From Eledone cirrhosa (taxonomy: Eukaryota): a stretch of 64,000 nucleotides of DNA. The notes under the pieces are model-generated. The model was not told the origin of the DNA, did not search any database, and saw only the letters and a list, made by a program, of their open reading frames with translations. Each line of letters begins with the position of its first letter. Within the stretch, counting starts at the first letter, position 1. The stretch lies in assembly GCA_964016885.1 (NCBI GenBank), contig OZ024742.1, positions 289,726,001-289,790,000 on the forward strand. The letters run 5' to 3'. The position numbers and the translations under genes are program-made. This document shows positions 1-10,782 of this stretch, piece after piece.

Positions 1-57
1 TATTGTATATATAATGTATATGTAGTGTGTATATATAAATGTATATGTTATGTGTAT

Positions 58-2593
58 GTAGCTTAGTTGTCAGCGACCTCACGGTCAGAACTAGACGAAC
101 CCGGAAACAGGCCAACCTGGAGAAGAAAGATCTGGAAGCTGAAAGTCCCCTCAACCAGTAACAGATTTAAAGATATTTTACTCAACGCCTACGACAGTAA
201 AGAAGAACAGATAGAGACATTTAATGTAGAAGAGAACTGGGAGTTCCTAAAAAATAATTTACTAGAGGCGACGGATGAGGTCTGTGGCTGGAGTAAGACC
301 TCAAGCAGGAGGAGAGTGACTTGGTGGTGGAACAATAAGGTAGATGAAGCAGTTAAGGCCAAGAGACAGGCATGGAAAGAATGGAAGAACGGGGGGAGCA
401 GGGAACATTACATAGAGACCAAGAGGGAAGCTAGGCGACAAGTATACTTAGCTAGGAGGGAAGCAGAGGATAGAAAATTCAAGCATGTTTTGCAACGTGA
501 AGACCAGAAACAGGAGGTATTCAAGATTGCGAGGCAGTGTGTCAGAGATAGTTGTGATGTCATTGGAGAGAAGTGTATCCGGAATGATAAAGGTGAGCTT
601 GCCCTCACAAGTGCTGAGAAGAAAGATGCATGGAAGAGTCATTATGATAAATTACTAAATGAGGAGAATGCATGGGAAGAAGAGACCCTACCCCAAGTAG
701 ACCCTATAGAGGGACCAGCAGTACAAGTCAGCAGCAGCATAGTAAGTAAGGCAATCAGAGATATGAAGACAGGGAAAGCAACCGGTCCATCGGGTATAGC
801 TGCTGAGATGCTGAAGGCATCTGGGTCAGTAGGTCACACCATAACCACACAAATTGTTAACCTGGTAATACTAGAGGGTATCATACCAAAGGATTGATGC
901 AGCAGCATCATTGTCAACTGCTACAAAGGTAAAGGTGATGCACTAGATAGAGGAAACTATAGAGGTATAAGGCTGATGGACCAGGTCATGAAAGTAACAG
1001 AAAGAGTTATAGTACAGTTGATTAGGGACCGGGTGAAACTAGATGAGATGCAATTTGGGTTTGTACCAGGAAAAGGCACCACTGATGCCCTCTTCCTTGT
1101 GAGGCAGTTACAGGAAAAGTACCTAGCTAAAAGTAAGCCGCTCTACCTGGCATTCGTCGATCTGGAAAAAGCCTTCGACAGAGTCCCTCGTGCTATAATC
1201 TGGTGGGGTTCTTAGAAAATTAGGAGTAGATGAATGGCTTGTGAAAGCTGTACATGTATAGAGGAGCAGTCAACAAAGTTAGAATTAGCAATGAATATAG
1301 CGAGGAATTTAACATACAGGTTGGTGTCCACCAGGGCTCTGTTCTTAGCCCTCTCCTGTTCATTATAGTTTTGCAGGCAATAACGGAGGAGTTTAAAACC
1401 GGATGCCCATGAGAACTCCTGTATGCGGATGATCTCGCACTTATAGCTGAATCCATGGTGGAACTAGAGAAGAAATTCCAAACATCTCTTGTGTACCCAT
1501 TGTGTACATCTGTTGTGTACCCATTGTTTGCATTTGGGGCAGAGGATTGAGTTCCTACCCACCTTTCCTACATACTGAGCAAGGCCATTTCCCTGAGGGA
1601 ATCTGGGTTCTGTTTTCTCGTCTACTTACAAGAACCTTAGTCTTTGTCGGGTTGACTTTGAGACCCTTTCTTTCTAGTCCCTGCTTCCATGTTTGGAATT
1701 TCTTCTCTAGTTCCACTCAGGAAGTTTAACTAAGAATGTAGGCTTCATATGTAGCAGCTGCGCTGGGACAGCAAGCAGCAAACGACCACAGGAAACAAGC
1801 ACCCCCAAACTCTGGGAGGGCTCTGTAGAAACAGTAGACAGCTTCTGCTACCTAGGTGACCAAATTAGCAACGGAGGTGGGTGTTCGGAAAGTACAATAA
1901 CTATGGTAAGAACAGGATGGAAGAAGTTCAGGGAGCTACTGCTAGCTGCAAAAGGCTTTTCCCTCAAAATGAAAGGCAGACTGTATGATGCGTGTATACT
2001 AACAGCAATGTTACATGGAAGTGAAACCTGGGCACTGTCTGTAGAAGACTTACATAGATTAGAGAGAAACGAAGCCTGCATGCTCCGATGGATGCGTAAT
2101 AGTAATATACGCAAACGACAAAGCATAAATGAATTGAGAGAGAGACTGAGCATAAGAGGAATCAAATGCTGTGTGCAGGAGAGGCGGTTGCGTTGGTATG
2201 GACATGTGATGCGTATGAAGGATGACAGCTGCATAAAAAGGTGCAGAGCACTAGAAGTCGATGGAAGCCGCGGAGTGGGGAAACCTAAGAAGACCTGGGA
2301 TGAGGTGATAAAGGCCGACCTTACCCAATTGCACCTCTCAAGAGCAATGACACATGACCGTGACCTCTGGCGTCACGGAGTAATACAGAAGACCCGACCC
2401 CCCACAGGAACAAGCTGAAGCTGAAGCATATACACAATATGCCCCCACACCCTCCCACTGCAAAGTGGTCATGGAGGTGCCACGGCAAAAAAGCACCCAG
2501 CCCACACTGTAAATGAGGTTGGTGTTAGAAAGGGCATCCAGCAGTAGAACCCATGCTAGCGTGGAAGAACGGACGTAAAACGATGATGATGAT
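58..2593 (+). mobile_element. RTE-clade LINE, 5'-truncated, disrupted ORF with internal inversion (1484-1716), (ATG)n tail
   Basis: NYRGI-L, QFGF, AFVDLEKAFDRVP, LLYADDL, YLG and RRLRWYGHV motifs; ends ...ggacgtaaaacgatgatgat. Confidence 0.93.
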
Positions 2594-2815
2594 ATATAGT
2601 AATAAGTATACAGAGTAATAAGTGTATATAGTAGTAAGTGCATATAGTGATAACTGCATTAGTAGCAAGTTTATATAGTTGTAAGTGTATATAGTAGTAA
2701 GTGTATATAGCAATTAGTATATAGCAATTAGTATATAGTAAGTGTATACAAAAATTGGTAAGTGTATAGTGTAAGTGTTGCAGAAATATGTATTGAGTGT
2801 ATATAGTAATAAGTA
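2594..2815. repeat. Degenerate short tandem repeat (tagtaagtgtata-like)
   Basis: Repeated agtaagtgtatatag units. Confidence 0.7.
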
Positions 2816-2829
2816 AAAGCCAAACTTAC

Positions 2830-2914
2830 TGTTGGTTTTAGAAGTGATTAGATTTTGTTGAGGTTCATCAAAGAATGGTTCATCAAAGACAGGAAAGACA
2901 TCTTTATTAAATAA
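2830..2914 (-). CDS. ANKRD26: Exon; LFNKDVFPVFDEPFFDEPQQNLITSKTN
   Basis: 85 bp, tattttccag / gtaagt; phase 0 start fits the exon at 8639-8811. Confidence 0.7.
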
Positions 2915-2919
2915 CTGGA

Positions 2920-3108
2920 AAATATTCCACATAACAAAACATTTCATTAAAATATCTTTGACAAAACATTTCATTAAAATATTCCACGACAAAACACTTC
3001 ATTAAAATATCTTTGACAAAGCATTTTATTAAAATATTCTACATGACAGAACATTTCATTAAAAATGTCTTTGACAGAACATTTCATTAAAATATCTTTG
3101 ACAGAACA
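2920..3108. repeat. Tandem repeat, ~27-30 bp unit (gacaaaacatttcattaaaatatcttt)
   Basis: About 6-7 visible copies directly upstream of the exon acceptor. Confidence 0.8.
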
Positions 3109-3270
3109 TCTAAACTATAATAAAGTAAGGAGCGCGGGACTGCGTCCAGAATATGATTTTTTATCCCATTTGTAAAATAAGTTGGATTACTTTGAATAAA
3201 TAATGAATGAATATTACATAGTTTATCTACTAGATTTTGTAACACATGATTAAACATATATTAAAAATGT
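3109..3270 (+). mobile_element. Helitron-like 5' fragment (second copy at ~53483-53640)
   Basis: Begins A|TCTAAACTATAATAAAG; near-identical copy elsewhere in the window. Confidence 0.45.
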
Positions 3271-3278
3271 ATATACAG

Positions 3279-3350
<72 letters not shown>

Positions 3351-3354
<4 letters not shown>

Positions 3355-4130
3355 CAATGTTGCATGGCAGTGAGACCTGGGCATTGTGTGCAGAGGATAT
3401 ACGCAGACTAGAGAGAAACGAAGCTTGCATGCTCCGCTGGATGTGTAATAGTAATATACGTGAACGACAAAGCATAAACGAACTAAGGAAAAAATTAGAA
3501 ATAAGAGGGATCAGATGTTGTTTACTAGAGAGAAGGTTACGTTGGTATGGTCACGTGATGTGCATGAAGGACGATAGCTGTATAACAAAGTGCAGGGCAA
3601 TAAAGATAGACGGTAGCCACGGAATAGGCAGACCCAGAAAAACCTGGGACGAGCTGATAAACTCCGACCTCACACACTTACACAATGTCACTGGACCGAG
3701 ACCTTTGGCGGTACTCAGTAATAGAGCAGACCCGCCTTACCTAAATACAAAGTAAAACCTACAGTCAGTAGGCATCTCTAACAAAATACACCCCCGTCCC
3801 ACCACCCCCACCCCATCCACACCGCCCCCTTCTATGTAAAGTTATGTTGGTGCCACACCATCCAGGCCGAAACAAATGAGATCGTGTAGGTGTCACGACA
3901 AAAAAACACACAGTCCACGCTGTAATGTGGCCGTGTAGGCAACATGGTAAAAACCTGCCAGACCCACACTGTAAATGTGGTAGGTGTTAGGAAGGGCATC
4001 CAACTGTAGAAAACCTGCCAGACAGTCCTATGCGAGCAAGACAATCACTCTTGCCTCAAGTGGGAAAACCCCCGTCCAAACCCATGCAAGCGTGGAACAC
4101 GGACGTTAAACGTTGATGATGATGATGATA
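3351..4130 (+). mobile_element. RTE LINE 3' fragment in (TA)n
   Basis: AMLHGSETWAL...RRLRWYGHV...GRPRKTW, 3' UTR and (ATG)n tail. Confidence 0.92.
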
Positions 4131-4155
4131 TATAGATATACATACATACATATAT

Positions 4156-4765
4156 ATGGTGGCTGCCAACTCGTTTTCAAGTACGGCCACTACTTTATAT
4201 CCATGTAGGAGAACCTCTACCGAAGCGCTGAACGAGTGTGATTTTTTAGTCCAGCCAGCGACTTGAAAACTCTGGTACAAACACTATACTTGTGACAATT
4301 ATTGACACATAGTGCTGGGCCCATGGTACCATGTGACAACAAGTGCAGAGAGATCTCCAGATATAAAGCAATGCTTGTGCCGTGAAGCTTTTATAGTGAG
4401 CAAAGGCACTGCACAAAGCCAGTCCCACTCTCTTAACCAAGATGATATTTACCAAAAAGAAGAACAAGTCAACATCATTGGATACCATCAGCGTTGCAGG
4501 TGTTATATCAAAGTTTTCCTTCTCCTAGAATTCTGCCTTGACAAAGGCTAAGGGGTCATCTCTCCCGGTGATTTTGGATGGCCATTCACTCTTAAGAGTT
4601 CCTTTGCCCTTTGACAGGTTTTGTTTTTAGTCCTGCAGGATGTCCAAAGTCACCCTCCTCACCAAGAAACCTTGGTGGGGTTGCCAGTTTAGTCGCCAAC
4701 GACCCGACCATGAGACAGGTTGTACTGGGATACATGTTACCAGTAGCACCAACTGGTGATCTGAC
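4156..4765. repeat. Interspersed repeat (copies at 63247-63550 and 63955-64000)
   Basis: atggtggctgccaactcgtttt...tttaccaaaaaga recurs near-identically; class unknown. Confidence 0.7.
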
Positions 4766-5067
4766 ATATATATACATACATATATACATAAATGGAATAG
4801 AATGAAACGAAATTTCATTTCTCACTCTTAGTACGGCACTTACTTAAATGTAAGTATGTATGTATACGTACATACATATATGTATACAGACGTACAGTAG
4901 CATGTATATATATACATACAGGCACACATATATATATGCACGTATCAGTTTACCGAACATTTATTATAATGCTCGGTTTGTTCGTTTGTAAACAAACAAA
5001 CAGCCTGAATTACGCCGTACAGTGTTTAGGCAACCACGTCACCTTTTTGTTCAACACTGACACAGGA

Positions 5068-5110
5068 ACGATGTACTAGTTTCAAGCTTATTAGCTATCA
5101 TCAGCACCGT
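5068..5110 (-). ncRNA. Minimal type-I hammerhead ribozyme
   Basis: acggtg CTGATGA t-agct-aata-agct-t GAAA c-ta-GTA catcgt; 6-bp stem I, palindromic stem III. Confidence 0.8.
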
Positions 5111-5662
5111 ATACCTTTCTGCCAGATGGTTGAACGTCCGAAAGTATATACTTTCCTTATGAAAATTAACGGCTGAGCAGCCTAATTTGCATATCGAGTG
5201 AGTTCAGTCGGCCAGGCGCACCGAAAACGATAAATGGAATAGAATGAAACGAAATTTCATTTCTCACTCTTAGTACGGCACTTATTTAAATGTAAGTATG
5301 TATGTATACGTACATACATATATGTATACAGGCATACAGTAGCATGTATATATATACATACAGGCACACATATATATGCACATATCAGTTTACCGAACAT
5401 TTATTATAATGCTCGGTTTGTTCGTTTGTAAACAAACAAACAGCCTGAATTACGCCGTACAGTGTTTAGGCAACCACGTCGGTAAACTGATACGTGCATA
5501 TATATATGTGTGCCTGTATGTATATATATACATGTGTGCCTGTATGTATATATATACATGCTACTGTACGTCTGTATACATATATGTATGTACGTATACA
5601 TACCTACTTACATTTAAGTAAGTATATACTTTCGGACGTTCAACCATCTGGCAGAAAGGTAT

Positions 5663-5705
5663 ACGGTGCTGACAATAGCTAATAAGCTTGAAACTAGTAC
5701 ATCGT
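5663..5705 (+). ncRNA. HHR variant with core lesion (CUGACAA)
   Basis: Inverted copy of the 5068-5110 HHR with G8>A. Confidence 0.6.
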
Positions 5706-5951
5706 TCCTGTGTCAGTGTTGAACAAAAAGGTGACGTGGTTGCCTAAATACTGTACGGCGTAATTCAGACTGTTCGTTTGTTTACAAACGAACAAACCGA
5801 GCATTATAATAAATGTTCGGTAAACTGATACGTGCATATATATATGTGTGCCTGTATGTATATATATACATGCTACTGTACGTCTGTATACATATATGTA
5901 TGTACGTATACATACATACTTACATATATACATACATATATACATATATAT

Positions 5952-7442
5952 ATCATCATCGTTTAACGTCTATCTTCCACGCTAGCATCGGTTTAGACGG
6001 GAATTGTCCCACTTGAGGCAAGATTGGTTGTCTTGCTCGTATAGAACTGTCTGGCAGGTTTTCTACGGCTGGATGCCCTTCCTAACACCAACCACGTTAC
6101 AGTGTGGACTGGGAGGGGTTTTTATCGTGTTACCTACACGGCCACAATACAGCGTGGACTGTGTGTTTTTTTGTCGTGACACCTACACGACCTCATTTAT
6201 TTAGGACTGGATGTTGTGGTACCAACATAACTTTACAGAGAAAGGGGTGGTGTTGATGAGGGTGTGGGAGGGGGTGTATATTTGATTACTGACTGTAGAT
6301 TTTGCTTTGTACTTAGGCAAGGCGGGTCTTCTGTATTACTGCGGAGTGCAGTAGAGGTGTAAATGTGTAAGATCGGAATTTATCAAATCGTCCCAGGTTT
6401 TTCTGGGTCTGCCTACTCTGTAACTTCTGTCAATTTTGATCACCCTGCACTTTTTTATACAGCTGTCGTCTTTCATGCGCATCACGTGACCATACCAACG
6501 TAGTCTTCTCTCTTATACCTAATTTCTCACTTAGTTCCTTTATGCTTTGTTGTTCACGTATATTACTATTACACATCCAGCAGAGTATGCATGCTTCGTT
6601 CCTCTCCAGTCTGCGCAGATCCTCTGCACACAATGCCCAAGTCTCACTGCCATGTAACATAGCTGTTTGTATGCAAGCATCATACTGTCAGCCTTTCATT
6701 TTTAGAGAGAAACTTTTAGTGGCCAATAGTGGTTGGTATAAGCTCTCTGAACTTTTTCCATCCCATTCTGACTCTGGCTACTGTACTTTCTGAGCACCCT
6801 CCACCACTGCTGATTTTGTCACCCAGGTAACGGAAGGTGTCCACTATTTCTATAGAGCCATCTGGGCAATAGAAGGAGCTAGTATCCTGTGGGCGCTTGC
6901 TACTTATTGCACCTGAGCACCGGCCACATATAAAATCTACGTTCTTAGATAGCTTACCTGTGATCCCACTACATCTTTTATGCACCAATACTTTGCATTT
7001 GGGACATAAAATGGAATTTCTGCCTACTCCTTTCCTACACACTGAGCATGGCCATTTCCCAGAGGGGACCAGTGTCCTATTTTCCTTAAAGTACTAGCAC
7101 TTTAGTCTTAGACAAGTTAACTTTAAGGCCTTTTGATTCTAGGCCATGCTTCCATGTTTGGAATTTCTTCTCTAGTTCAGCCATCAATTCAGCTATGAGA
7201 GTTAGATCATCTGCATAGAGAAGTTCCCATGGGCAGCCAGTCTTGAACTCCTCTGTTATAGCCTAAAGGGCAATAATAAATAGGAGGTGGCTAAGGACAG
7301 AGTCCTGATGAACACCAACTTTTACGCTAAATTCTTCACTATATTCGTTGTTAATTCTAACCTTGATAACTATTTCTTTATACATGGCTTGTATAGCTCT
7401 CACAAGCCATTCATCAACCCCTTGTTTTCTAAGGGCCCGCCA
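5952..7442 (-). mobile_element. RTE LINE 3' fragment, degenerate
   Basis: (CAT)n tail at the left end; PHD-like, YLG and HGSETWAL motifs on the minus strand. Confidence 0.9.
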
Positions 7443-7504
7443 GATACATACATATATACAATTGTTTCACCTTAGCGGATCCTCAGCTCGTAATGGACAT
7501 GGTT

Positions 7505-7549
7505 ATACAAGCTGAGGATCCGCTAAGGTGAAACAATTGTTCTCGGTAT
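7505..7549 (+). ncRNA. Minimal HHR within a fold-back (inverted partial copy at 7458-7492)
   Basis: caag/cgag CTGAGGA t-cc-gctaa-gg-t GAAA caatt GTT ctcg; palindromic AACAATTGTT stem III; weak stem II. Confidence 0.65.
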
Positions 7550-7597
7550 GGTGAACTAACTGTTGGGTACATACATACATACATATATATATATATA

Positions 7598-7744
7598 AAC
7601 ATGGGTTATAAAGGCCATACAAAACTGAGAAAGCGGTCAAGAAGCCATAAACCACCTAAGCCGAAAAAACAAGTCAAGCTAAACAGGTCAGACAAAATAA
7701 ATGACATATTCATATATAAATATATATATACATATATATATAGT

Positions 7745-7775
<31 letters not shown>

Positions 7776-7890
7776 GAATATGTCATTTATTTTGTCTGAC
7801 CTGTTTAGCTTGACTTGTTTTTTTGGCTTAGGTGGTTTATGGCTTCTTGACCGCCTTCTCAGTTTTGTATGGCCTTTATAACCTATGTTT
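7598..7890. repeat. Inverted repeat (~120-bp arms) around a TA tract
   Basis: 7598-7717 is the reverse complement of ~7773-7890. Confidence 0.8.
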
Positions 7891-8030
7891 ATTGCTCTGG
7901 TCTTTTTTAGCCCAAGGAGCGCTTGCCAGCATGACTCGTAATTTGCGTTACGTTTCGCTTTTACTACCCGCCGAAATGCGATTCTCGCTGAATTTATATT
8001 TATATATATAGATATATATATATATATATA

Positions 8031-8308
8031 ATCATCATCATTTCATTTTACGCCTGCCTGCAAGGGTGGGACGGGAACTGATTCTGGCTTGATTTCTACA
8101 GCTGGATGCCTTTCCTAACACCAACCTCATTTACAGTGAGTGGTGGGTGCTTTTTTGCCGTGGCACCTCATTTCTACAGCTGAGTAAATTGGAGCAATGT
8201 GAAATAAAGTGTCTTGGTCAAGGAAACAACACATCACCCGGTCTGAGAATTGAACTCACAACCTTTCGATTGCAAGGCCAATGCTCTAACCACTAAGACA
8301 TGTGCCTC
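8031..8308 (-). mobile_element. tRNA-headed SINE (CORE-like middle) with RTE-type tail
   Basis: Minus strand: A-box-like tagtggttagagc, B-box-like gagttcaattc, ccttgaccaagacactt middle and (ATG)n tail; copies at 16868, 32599 and 44287. Confidence 0.8.
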
Positions 8309-8638
8309 TATATATACACACATATACATATATATATATATATATATATATGCAAGCATGGAACACGGACGTTAAACGTTGATGATGATGATATATATAT
8401 GCATGCATACATATGATTACATATATACACACACATACACAACAGGCTTCTGCACAGTTTCAGTCTATCAAATTTCATATACAAGGTATGAAGGTATTAA
8501 TCAGCCTGGGCCTATAGTAGGATACACTTGCTTGTGCTGCCATGCAGTAAGATGAAACCAGAAACTATGTGGTTGCAAAACAGTTGCACTTAAATAACTG
8601 AGAGTAATGCAAAGTAAAGGTTTAATGTTTAATCTCAC

Positions 8639-8811
8639 CTGGTTTTGTTGACTTTCTTTCTTGGGCAGCTCCTGAGTAACAACACTATCCCAGTCACTCT
8701 CAACATCAACTTCAAAACTACCATTTCCTGTTGCTTTCTGAGTGAGAAGATCAGGAGTAGGAGCTTCAATGAGGTCGTCTGAATCACTCAATCCTAATTC
8801 ATCCATGAATG
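8639..8811 (-). CDS. ANKRD26: Exon; FMDELGLSDSDDLIEAPTPDLLTQKATGNGSFEVDVESDWDSVVTQELPKKESQQNQ
   Basis: 173 bp, ttctgttcgtag / gtgaga; phase 1 to 0; acidic M-ELGL-D...SDWDS motifs recall the ANKRD26 linker region. Confidence 0.8.
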
Positions 8812-9130
8812 CTACGAACAGAATTAAAACATTCACTCATTAATTGAACCATCATTTCAATGAAAATATTTGACAGTATCAGGTACCATTTCCCAGCCAT
8901 TTATTAACAATCCTGAAAGTCCTTCCATTAGGAAGTTGTTTCATTAGAGGTATTAAACAGGGCATCATGACATTTCCCAACAATTTAACAATTTATTAAA
9001 GCCATTTCATTAGAAATTTATTAAAGCCATTTCATTAACAATTTATTAAAGCCATTTCATTAGAATTATTGGACAGTGTGTCAAGTAACATTCCTCAGTA
9101 ATTTATTAAGAACTTAGGAGAGTCCCTTAA

Positions 9131-9520
9131 TCATCATCATCATCATTTTTACATCTGCTTTTTCATGCTCGTATGGGTTGGACGGGTCCGTGTCAATTCA
9201 GCATCTCTCCACACATCATGATCCTTTGTCATCACTTCTATGAGTCTCGCTGATTTGAGGTCAGCTCTCACAACCTCTGCCCAGGTCTTTCTTGGTATAC
9301 CTCTACTGTGGCTTCCTTGCACTGGCATTTCCTGTCACTTCTTCAGCCAACAATCATTGTCCATGCGCTTCACATGTCCAAACCAACGCAGTGTTCTCCC
9401 CTGCACACTACCTTGCATTCGTCTTAAACCAAGCTTCTCCTTCATTTCATCCAAGCTTTGCCTTTCTCTCTCCTTTATATTGCACATCCAACAGAGCATG
9501 GCTGCTTCATCTCACTCCTC
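9131..9520 (-). mobile_element. Old RTE 3' fragment
   Basis: (CAT)n tail; WFGHVKRM-like remnant. Confidence 0.75.
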
Positions 9521-9789
9521 TCAATGTATATATTAATTAGTTTGTTAGGTAACATTTCCCAGTCATTTATCAACAATCTAGAGAAATCTTTCCATTAGAA
9601 ATATAAGATGGTTTGTCATATATATTAACCAACTATTTATTAACAAATCTTGGAAGTTATTTCGTTAGAAATATTAAAAATATAAACAATATACAAGATA
9701 ACATGGCTGCCAATACTGAAGACTGTCCTTTCTGTTATTTAGAAATGATGGATTCTCTGATGGTTTCGATGAGTATTTAGCTGTTTGAT

Positions 9790-10210
9790 CAACTGAACAT
9801 CCTATTGGTTATATTAACATGTAGGTGGCTGAGTATTCCATAGACATGTGTACACTAAACAATTTTCAGACAGAAACAGTCGGACACCATCTATCATCAT
9901 CACCGTTTTACGTCCATTCTTCCACCCTAGCATGGGTTAGACGGGTTGTCCTGTTGTGGGCAGTAACCGGTCGGCTGACCATGCCTTGCTCATACGGGAA
10001 CTGATTCTGGCTTGATTTCTACAGCTGCATGCTCTTCCTAACACTATGACAAGGCTAAACCTTTGAATTACAGGTAGAGTACATCTTGTATTATAGTGTA
10101 AGTGGTTGAGTATTCCACAGACACATATACCTTTATTGTAATTCTTAGGGAGATTCAATGTGACACAATATGTGACAAAGCTAGACCTTTGAATTACAGG
10201 TACACTATCC
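9790..10210. repeat. Interspersed repeat pieces (gtggctgagtattccacagacac...ctttgaattacaggta) interrupted by an RTE-type tail at 9895-10043
   Basis: Related pieces at ~13985-14050 and inverted at ~52200-52430. Confidence 0.55.
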
Positions 10211-10333
10211 CATCAAGGTTAACTTTGCCTTTCATCCTTACGGGGTCAATAAAATAAAGTACCAGTAATGTACTGGATAATTGCTGGCCTTGTGCCAAAA
10301 GTAGAAACAACTATTATTATTATTATTATTAAA

Positions 10334-10530
10334 GGGCGGTGGATTGGCAGTATCGGTAGAGGGTCGGACGCCATGCTTTCCAGCATAGTTACGTCCCTTT
10401 ACGATCTGAGTTCAAATCCCGCCGAGGTTGACTTTGCCTTTCATCCTTACGGAGTCGATAAAATAAAGTACCAGTAATGCACTGGGTAATTGCTGGCCTT
10501 GTGCCTAAAGTAGAAACAATTATTATTATT
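10334..10530 (+). mobile_element. tRNA-headed SINE with Nin-like central domain and (TTA)n tail (partial tandem copy at 10213-10330)
   Basis: gagttcaaatcccgccgaggttgactttgcctttcatccttacggagtcgataaaataaagtaccag; copies at 13808, 26173 and 53763. Confidence 0.8.
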
Positions 10531-10782
10531 ATTTCCATTATTATTTTTATTGCGCATCATTACTGCTTTACTGAGCACAGCTCTTTGTGCCTTGGGTATG
10601 AGCAGTGTAGTTTTTGCTGATGGTGTTTCTATTGTATTGATAGTACTTTTTGTAATATGTGTGCAGTGCTTAGTAGAGCTATCTTTTGTATGCTGTATAT
10701 ATTTGTAATAATATTTGGATATGTATTTGTCATTCCTAGAGCACCTATTATTATAGGTATTGTTTTCTGTTTTCATTTTCAA
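10531..10782 (-). mobile_element. R4/Dong-like RLE non-LTR retrotransposon, 3' end
   Basis: Minus frame TIPIIIGALGM...IQKIALLSTAHILQKVLSIQ*, then 3' UTR and (TAA)n tail. Confidence 0.75.

Larger units (their letters stand above)
4788..5925. mobile_element. HHR-bearing non-coding element: 442-nt tandem monomer plus inverted segments (retrozyme / non-autonomous Penelope-like)
   Basis: Direct repeat 4791/5233 (period 442), inverted copies 5480-5925, HHR folds, flanked by TA-rich microsatellite. Confidence 0.75.

Noticed and set aside
4684-4735. Possible HDV-like ribozyme on the minus strand (ccagt...tcg-ttgg-cga CTAA actgg)
   Set aside because: P2, P4 and J4/2 look plausible, but I could not build P1, P3 or P1.1; it needs a descriptor search.
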